Assembly: GCA_043228905.1 (NCBI GenBank)
Contig: JBHGNT010000022.1
Span: 7,192,001-7,256,000 of the forward strand
DNA length: 64,000 nucleotides
DNA from: Azolla caroliniana
Lineage: Eukaryota; Plantae; Polypodiophyta
Reading direction: 5' to 3'
Part shown: one piece after another, positions 56,240 through 64,000 of the stretch
Layout of the letters: the number at the start of each line of letters is the position of its first letter
How positions within the stretch are numbered: position 1 is the first letter of the stretch
Notes under the pieces: generated by a model
Told to the model about the DNA's origin: nothing
Database searches by the model: none
What the model saw: the letters and a program-made list of their open reading frames with translations, nothing else
Made by a program: the position numbers and the translations under genes

Positions 56240-59200
56240 AGGTGAAGCATAATGTTCACGGATTCATGACACTATCCCTCCTCTTAAAACGATGAGTGGA
56301 AGGAGTTGTTAACAATGCAGGGTTGGGTTTTTTGGGATAGTGACAATGGATGTCGTCGATAAGAGCTTGAGCATTACAAACATTATCGACAGGTTCCCAT
56401 GTGTGATCACTTGGGGTATACCCTAGCCAATCAACTAGATAATACAACTTATTGCGCACAATCTTAGAATCGAGAATGGAGGCTACCTTGTACTATGGGC
56501 CATCAACAAGTTGGAGAGGAGGCGACGGTGGCACAACACAATTGGGAATCGAGCTGGTGTGGCAAGGTTCCAAAAGGGAGTTGTGAAAGACTGGATGAAG
56601 CTACAAATTTGCAAGAAGATCAAGACGGAATGTTGCATTTTTAATCTGCTTTGTGATGACAAAAGGACCCAAGAGTTTATAATCTAGCTTATCACATGGT
56701 CAAGTAGTCTTTATGTGACGACATAACAACCATACTCGATCACCAATCTTGAATGGAAACCGAAGACGATGTCGATCTGCATGGGCCTTATGTTAGGCTT
56801 GAGCTTTCTGAAGATGTGAAGACAACTCAGACTGGAGGTGTTGCAGTCGGTGGAGGTGCTGCTCTGCACTAGGGTTTGGTGAGATCACTGGAATGTCCAA
56901 GAGATACCATCGAGGATGGTTGCCAGTATAGGCATAGAAAGATGTGACCCTGGCAGAAGAGTGTATGGTGTTATTGTACGCAAACTCTACAAGATGCAAT
57001 ATATGACTCCAATCATCTTGTTGATAACTGATGAAACATCGAAGATATTGCTCAAGTGTTTGATTTGTGTGCTCTATTTGGCCATCAATTTTGGGATGAT
57101 ACGCTGAAGAGAGTTTGCAAGAGATTCGGTGCCCTTTACATAGGTGCTTCCAAAAGTGAGAGATAAATTGAGAGATAAAAATGTGCCATCTTGGCAAATC
57201 GATCTACTACAGTTAAAATAGCATCAAAACCTTCTGAAGGTGGTAGATTTATAATGAAATCCATAGAATTTGACTACTATGGCTTGCTCGGAGTCGGCAT
57301 TGGTTGTAATAACCCATAAGGATGATGCTTAGGCATTTTGGCTTGACAACATGTGTCACATGTGCGAATGTAATCTTCAACAAATTGTTGTAAATTAGGC
57401 CACCAAAATGATGGCTTCACTAGCTCCACAGTCTTGGCAATACCAAGGTGTCTGGCCATACGGGCATCATGACAATGCTCCAACACTCGAAGGCGTGGTG
57501 ATCCATGAGGGACATAAAGGAGATTCTTGTAGAAAAGAAAGTTATCTTGCCGCTGGAACTCCTTATAATGTCGAGATGTCCCTGACAATGCATGATTTGG
57601 ACTAAGGTGGCGAAGTCATCCTTAGCAAAATCATCAGAGTGAAGTTGTTGTTGAATAGTATCAAGAAGACTTGAATCTAGTGGTGTGGCACAAACTATGG
57701 TTGCTTGTAGTTTTGCTAGACCAAGGAGAACTTGCTTTTGATTGTCGAAAGCTAGATCTCCAGGGCGAAGTGCCAAATATGAGCATCGAGATAGAGCATC
57801 TGCTTGCCCTTGTTGTTTCCTTGGGCAGAAAATGATCTTCAAATCAAATTGAGTTAAAAATTGCGCCCACTGAGCTTGTCGCCTATTTAGCACTCGAGCC
57901 ATCTGAAAATATGCAAGATTTTTGTGGTCAGTATAAATGATGATTTGATGAGGCGAACCTTCCAATAAATGTCTCCATTGCGCAAAAGAGTCGACCACAA
58001 CTAGTAACTCTTTGTCATGCACCTCATAGTTTATCTCTGCAACCTTAAATTTTCTTGAGTGAAACGCAACTGGATGCAACTGCCCATCTTCACCTGGTTG
58101 TGATAGGATGCTCCCCAATGCAAGGTCAGATGCATCTGCCTCAATGGTAAATGGCTTTTTTGGATCAACATGAGCTAAGACACGAGCTGATGATTTCAAT
58201 TGAATAAAGACTTTGTCTACTTTAGGAGTCCAAACAAATGTTTTTTTTGGTCTTGGTGAGTTGAGTGAGCGACAATACAATCTTCAAATAATTCCATATG
58301 AATATGTGGTTGAAGTTCGCAAAATCCAAGGAAACACTGGACATCGCGGACGGAACTTGGAGTATGTCATTCCAATATTGTTTGAATTTTCGCTGGATCC
58401 ATGAAGATACCTTTGGATGAAATGGTACAACCCAAGAACTCAACTTCTTTGCAATCAAAACTGCACTTCTCCAGTTTGGCATAAAGACCATACTCTCTTA
58501 AGCATTGGAGTACCTTCCGCACATGTATATCATGCTCCGCATGTGTTCTAGAGTAAATCAATAGATCATCTAAATAGATGATGAGAAAGATATCTAGAAA
58601 CTCTCGGAAAATGTCCTTTTCCATATGTTGAAACATGACGGGAGCATTTGTGAGCCCAAAAGGCCTTACTGTATACTTGAAATGGCCATACCGAGTGCGA
58701 AATGCAGTCTTCCACTCATCTCCCGGTTGAATACGGACAAGATTATATGCACCCCTTAGATCAATTTTGGTAAAATTCTTTGCCCCACCAATGCGCTCTA
58801 AAAAACTGGAAATTAAAGGTAGAGCATACCTATTTCTGATTGTGACTTTATTTAATCCCCGATAATCCACGACCAAATGAAGTGAGCCATCCTTTTTCTT
58901 TTGGAAAAAGACAAGAGCACCAACTGGAGACTTTGAATTCGAATAAACCCACTTGCAAGATTCTCGTCGATGTATGCTCGAAGAACCTCAAGCTCCTTTG
59001 GTGACAGATTGTAGATCGAACCCCATGGTGGCTCTTTTCCTAGCTGTAGATCAATGGGACAATCGTATGGCCAGTGCTTTAGAAGTACAGTAGCTTTGAC
59101 TTTGTCGAAAACATTAGCATATTCTCGGTACTTTTTAGGAATGTAGACCTCTGACTTCCCTTGAGTGTCACTAGAAGGTGCAACTGATATGACAAATAAG

Positions 59201-61362
59201 AATAAATCTTCTTTTGCTCCTTCTTGGCATAATTGTTTTAGGGCGATGGTTGAAATTTGATGAAGAGGATAAACTTGTTTGGTAGAGGGTGAATTGATAA
59301 CACTATATTTTTCAAGAGGAGGATCTTGGGTTCGACCCTTAACTACTATGCTTCTTTTGAAGGGCACCAAATTCCTTGTCATCTGCAATCAATTATTGGG
59401 TTGTGTAGCTCGGACCATGGCAAACCAAGGACTATTGGATGCTCAAGGCTACGGATTATGTTAAAGGAAACTACACATCCTAGATCACCTAAGAGTATGT
59501 GTATCGTCTTAGACTCCTCGAATATCTAAGACAGCCGGGACATGAAGTTGAGAACTTGGTGTCCTAAGTTGTACTTGGAGCAGAGAAAACTCTACTAACA
59601 TGCTTGGAAGAGATGGAACCCACACTAGGTTGTACAAATCTAGGACTGTCGAACCAAACGGCTCCGATTTTGGCCGGACTTATTTGTTTGACTCCTCTTC
59701 TAATTGGCTTAGGACCTCAAACTTATTGGATAGAGTTAGATTACTAGAATCACTAGTTGGCACCGTTTCAATGATGCTAGACTCATTTCTATTATCATAG
59801 TTAATGTGATGTACCTCACGTCTCGGTCTGTGCATGCAGTGAATGGCAATATGTCCTGGACCTCCACAATATCAGCATAGTCGATTTGCTCGACGACGTT
59901 GTTTCTCTTCATTCAATAACGGTCCTCATTGCCGGGTCATATCAATCTCCATTGGTGTTGGGCTTGCCGTGGAGTTGGAACAAGGCTATATTGTTGCCTT
60001 GGAGATTGTGCGGTCATTGATGCATAAGTTGGCATAAATCTTGATCTTGTTTGTTGTTGATTATCACACTGTACTGCTAAGCTAATATCTTCTGTAAGGG
60101 ATTTTGGATCCTTAGGGAAGGTAAGAAGTAAATCTTTTGCATCTCCATGGAGGCTCGTACGAAACTACTCCATTTGGGCTTGTTCAAACCAAGGAATATC
60201 ACTTGCAATGAGACGAAAATTGGCTGCATACGTTGATTTTGGTTGATCCCCTTGCCATAGTGTGCGAATCTTGTTGATTGCCGTTCTTACACTATCTGTG
60301 TCTCCGAAGCAAGCCTTAAACAGTTTGATAAATTCTTCAAAGTTGTTAAATAGGGGAGAATTCGCTTCTAGCTATGGAACAAACCATGACAATGCCGTGC
60401 TAGTCAATAAAGTGCCCACTAACCCAACTCGAGATGAAATTGTCGGATAACGCATGGGATGTGAAAAGAGAGAAGATGATAGAAAAGAGAGAGAAGGAAG
60501 ATATAGAAATCCAAATCTACAAAGATATATTAATAAGGAGTGATGATCATAGAAACAAGAGAAAGAAGATACATAAACTCAAGCCTACAAGGATCAATTG
60601 ATCACTAGAAAAACGCACTACATGAATAGGCAAGAAAAACACCACCAGAAAAAAGCTCTTCCTCACCACCTCACTCTTCTTGCTTTATATGAAGTTCTCC
60701 TCTAGTAGATAAGTTTCGCTTGCTTTCTTTTCCACGCTTTTTTTAGAGCTTTTCCATCTCCTATTCTTAGCTATGACACAACGATCTTCTAATCGTCATA
60801 TCTCCCTCATCCATGCTCCAAATTTAGAGTTTTAAAAAGCTACGGATAGCTCTCGTCATAAGCTTTCTAACCCATATTTGCACATTATATTTGGGTGTCA
60901 AACGAGAGAATTATGAGCATTTGTTTCTGACTGCGTTTTGGTGGTCTGCTTTTTCTCTTTTTAACTTTTCTCCATCTTTATTGCTTTTATTTGGACTTAT
61001 CCACGAGATGTTAGTTCATGTCCTTGTCCTCCAAATGTGAATCCTCCATACCTTATATTCTTTTAGTGTCCAATGGCTTGAATTCTAAAAACAGTTTCAC
61101 ATTTAGCCCTCCCCCTTGCTTCTTGGTGAACCATTTATGGTGAACCCTAAGCTACTAATAAAACTAAAGGTTCTCCTTCGCCTTATTCATGGCTATAGAC
61201 AAAGAAGGAGATAATAAATAAATAAATAAAAACAAATGATGTGAGTAAAACCCCCGCTAGTCGATAGGAAAAACCTCACACTTCTAAACACACACACATA
61301 CACATTGACAATTGCCATCACCATCTTTCTCCTTGTCAACACAAAGAAAGAGGTTACAACAA

Positions 61363-63033
61363 TTAGTATATCTTCATCAACTTTCCAAACAGAAGTAGGT
61401 CTATGTGATACATAACTCTTGATAGAAGTAAGCATGTTAACATATGAATAAGTCTTTCGAGCGAGCGAACCTTTTGTACAAATACCTTCAAAGCTTCGAG
61501 ACTTGTCAGAATTGTCATATTTTGAATTACGTCGATCTTTGCTTCATCAACATGACTTTCTTCTTGGCACACCACATTCTCCACATTACCTTGTTTTGTA
61601 TGTATGACCATTTCATCTAGAATCTCATCTTGAAAAGGAAGCAAAAATAAATCTCGTTTGGTTGAATCATTCAAGGGTTGGAAGTTGACGTCTTTCTCCT
61701 TTGGAACAACCACAATAAGTGAGACAAACTTCAAATTCTCCAACTTGATGTGGTGTTTGATGCCTTCTACTCTTATCTGTGAATAGTCATTTATGAATAA
61801 CTTTGTAAACTTAAAAAAAAGAGAAATAAACCTTAGATCCTCTTCTCCTTGGACATCGTTTGAAATCATCTTCTCTCGTTGTTCAAGGGTGATGGTTTCT
61901 TCCTCTTTATTGTCTTCTTTCTCCTTAGACACCATGTGGAATGATTTGTTTTCCCTATCCCATGAAGATTCATCAATTGTTATGCTTTCCTCTTCTTGAT
62001 TGCCATTATCGATAGATGATTCCTTCTCCTTTATACATTTGATTAGTTGTGGTGGATCCTTTGATGGTGATAAGTTAATGATACTCCAATCATGCATTAC
62101 AAGTAAATCTCTTGGCTCTTGGTCAAATTGTTGTTGAAGAGTTGATGCCCACATAACTTTGTTGCCACTCAATGCAAATCCAAAACACAAATCTTGCACG
62201 AACACCTTCATACACTGCAACTTGGCACTTACCAATGCTTCCTTACACGCATTGATCTCCAAAAGCCAATCTCCAGCTATCACTTCCAGGTTACCTTCTT
62301 CATCTTGCAACTCCCTTGTGGGTACTTCACCATCAACAACTTTTTTTGTTATATCTTCCATTTCATCTTGCACATATTCATCATCAACCACCATATCGCT
62401 TGTTGTATCAATAATGTCCTCAACATGATGTACATTGGCATCACCATCCATAACATCGCTTCTCCTAACAATCTCCTTAGATTTGTCTTTCACATCATCA
62501 TTCTTTATATCATGGTTGTCCTCATGAACTAGATGGGGGGACTCCACATTCATCACCTCTTCTTCATTGTCTCTGGAATCACCTTCATAGACATCATTAT
62601 AACTCCAAAAATTAGAATAATGATATGAGGGAACCTGTTGAATCGGACATTGCAAGTAGGCTGGTTGTTGGCTCATGACCGATCCACAATTATTATAGCT
62701 TGGATTTATGGTATATGACGCCGATACTCCATATGCTTCACCGAATAACAACTTCTTCAATTGTTGATCATAACTTTGACATACTCGAAGCAAATCATGG
62801 AAAGACCTTGGGTACTTCATATGCACTTCATATTGAAAATATGGATCTAGCCCTGCTTTGAATCTTTCCATCTTGAAGTATACATCTTCAACGCCTCCAA
62901 CAAGTCCAATCCAAGTGGACCATATATCCAAAAACGTCTTCTCATACTCGAGGTAGCACATTGGTGAAACCATACGCAATTGGAAAAGTTCTCTTCGTAG
63001 ATCTGTCGCATCGCGAACTCCATATCTTGCCAT
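61363..63033 (-). CDS. 556-aa protein: Gag capsid C-terminal-domain-like N-terminus plus long acidic region of unknown function
   Basis: RRELFQLRM..LEYEKTF..MERFKAGLDP..EV..YPRSFHD resembles the retrotransposon Gag MHR/CTD pattern. No CCHC, PR, RT or IN motifs. Confidence 0.8.
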   Translation of the reverse strand: MARYGVRDATDLRRELFQLRMVSPMCYLEYEKTFLDIWSTWIGLVGGVEDVYFKMERFKAGLDPYFQYEVHMKYPRSFHDLLRVCQSYDQQLKKLLFGEAYGVSASYTINPSYNNCGSVMSQQPAYLQCPIQQVPSYHYSNFWSYNDVYEGDSRDNEEEVMNVESPHLVHEDNHDIKNDDVKDKSKEIVRRSDVMDGDANVHHVEDIIDTTSDMVVDDEYVQDEMEDITKKVVDGEVPTRELQDEEGNLEVIAGDWLLEINACKEALVSAKLQCMKVFVQDLCFGFALSGNKVMWASTLQQQFDQEPRDLLVMHDWSIINLSPSKDPPQLIKCIKEKESSIDNGNQEEESITIDESSWDRENKSFHMVSKEKEDNKEEETITLEQREKMISNDVQGEEDLRFISLFFKFTKLFINDYSQIRVEGIKHHIKLENLKFVSLIVVVPKEKDVNFQPLNDSTKRDLFLLPFQDEILDEMVIHTKQGNVENVVCQEESHVDEAKIDVIQNMTILTSLEALKVFVQKVRSLERLIHMLTCLLLSRVMYHIDLLLFGKLMKIY

Positions 63034-63107
63034 TAGTTTGATGATGAATCGGTAGATCCAACCATCAATTAGTGGACAACCGTTCCTCCAGTTATACAGA
63101 AAGGATC

Positions 63108-63126
63108 GACCCTCCCTGGAGCGCCA
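63108..63126 (-). promoter_or_regulatory. PBS TGGCGCTCCAGGGAGGGTC (tRNA-Asn-like or Arg-like)
   Basis: Starts with TGG after a T-run spacer following the LTR; complement reads as T-stem/acceptor CCTCC-CTGGAGCG-CCA. The tRNA assignment is tentative. Confidence 0.75.
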
Positions 63127-63886
63127 AAAAAATGAAAAGAGAGAAGATGATAGAAAAGAGAGAGAAGGAAGATATAGAAATCCAAATCTACAAAGATATA
63201 TTAATAAGGAGTGATGATCATAGAAACAAGAGAAAGAAGATACATAAACTCAAGCCTACAAGGATCAATTGATCACTAGAAAAACGCACTACATGAATAG
63301 GCAAGAAAAACACCACCAGAAAAAAGCTCTTCCTCACCACCTCACTCTTCTTGCTTTATATGAAGTTCTCCTCTAGTAGATAAGTTTCGCTTGCTTTCTT
63401 TTCCACGCTTTTTTTAGAGCTTTTCCATCTCCTATTCTTAGCTATGACACAACGATCTTCTAATCGTCATATCTCCCTCATCCATGCTCCAAATTTAGAG
63501 TTTTAAAAAGCTACGGATAGCTCTCGTCATAAGCTTTCTAACCCATATTTGCACATTATATTTGGGTGTCAAACGAGAGAATTATGAGCATTTGTTTCTG
63601 ACTGCGTTTTGGTGGTCTGCTTTTTCTCTTTTTAACTTTTCTCCATCTTTATTGCTTTTATTTGGACTTATCCACGAGATGTTAGTTCATGTCCTTGTCC
63701 TCCAAATGTGAATCCTCCATACCTTATATTCTTTTAGTGTCCAATGGCTTGAATTCTAAAAACAGTTTCACAGGATGCATCTGGATCACCAACCACACTT
63801 GATTTATAAAACCCCGAATAGCCTATACACATAATCGTAATCATCTAGTCTTGCATAAAAAATGCCTTCGATGTAGAATGTCCCGG

Positions 63887-64000
63887 TGTCGTGAAGATCC
63901 GTCACTACACGCGGATCGTGAGGCGGAACCGCCGGGGTTCTGGACCGGAAGGATTTAGAGTCGATACAAGCTTTGGCGAGAAAGTACTTAAGATAGATTG
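63887..64000 (-). mobile_element. Edge of another LTR of the 28387-29595 family, running off the window
   Basis: TGTCGTGAAGATCCGTCACTAC..CGGATCGTGAGGCGGAACCGCCGGGGTTCTGGACC is nearly identical to 28387 onward; preceded by CCGG. Confidence 0.9.

Larger units (their letters stand above)
60462..63772 (-). mobile_element. Young non-autonomous Gag-only LTR element (TR-GAG-like), 3311 bp
   Basis: 640-bp LTRs 60462-61101 and 63133-63772 with no difference seen, perfect TSD GGATG, PBS at 63108-63126, PPT AAGGGGGAGGGC at about 61106-61117, single ORF with no pol domains. Confidence 0.95.
55808..63886 (-). mobile_element. Second chromovirus (Tcn1-like), decayed; 3' LTR 55808-56271; gag interrupted at 60462 and 63887; 5' LTR outside the window
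   Basis: TGTCA..TGACA LTR, PPT AAGAGGAGGGATAG, chromodomain YYLVDWLGY..TWEP, YLDD, EADASD; gag IQMHP|MRYP rejoins across the 60462-63772 insertion. Confidence 0.93.

Noticed and set aside
59526-59712. Apparent ~190-bp insertion with CTAAG..CTTAG inverted ends
   Set aside because: It is homologous to the gag-pol junction of the other chromovirus (about 43370-43560). The anomaly is a deletion just after the protease AVLD motif, not a MITE.
60460-60466. Alternative LTR start TGTGAAA giving a perfect inverted repeat with TTTCACA
   Set aside because: The second LTR starts TGAAAAG, and only the 60462 boundary gives a matching TSD (GGATG).
61241-61280. GTGAGTAAAACCCCC..GGAAAAACCTCAC motif resembling the Copia U5 motif, inside the Gag-only element
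   Set aside because: It is a single short instance without LTR termini or TSD, and I cannot distinguish a captured fragment from a convergent hairpin.

Overview
The window is eukaryotic, almost entirely nested LTR retrotransposons, with no recognisable host gene. The lineage mix (tRNA-Trp-primed non-chromovirus Gypsy with 4-bp TSDs, self-priming Tcn1/Tf1-like chromoviruses, Tork-like and other Copia) suggests a bryophyte such as a moss; this is inference. About 18 insertions can be delimited from TG..CA termini, PBS/PPT signals and target-site duplications (TSDs). They include one intact young Copia (7644-13389), a young Gag-only non-autonomous element with apparently identical LTRs (60462-63772), and a Copia (27150-53926) expanded from about 5.6 kb to 26.8 kb by five nested insertions. 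There are also four solo LTRs and a hAT-type MITE. Main signals: (1) nine Gypsy LTR copies from two unrelated clades carry a tRNA-like Pol III A-box/B-box module with 43-44 nt spacing, always antisense and in U3 upstream of an enhancer-like array and the TATA box; (2) all six insertions of the TGTCGT..CGACA Gypsy group sit in nCGn 4-bp targets, suggesting CpG-directed integration; (3) those elements have a G_GAT_TTT-stop slippery site plus stem-loop/pseudoknot between protease and RT; (4) one chromovirus shows a self-priming signature and another has a strong heat-shock element array. All comparisons were made by eye and no database searches were run.
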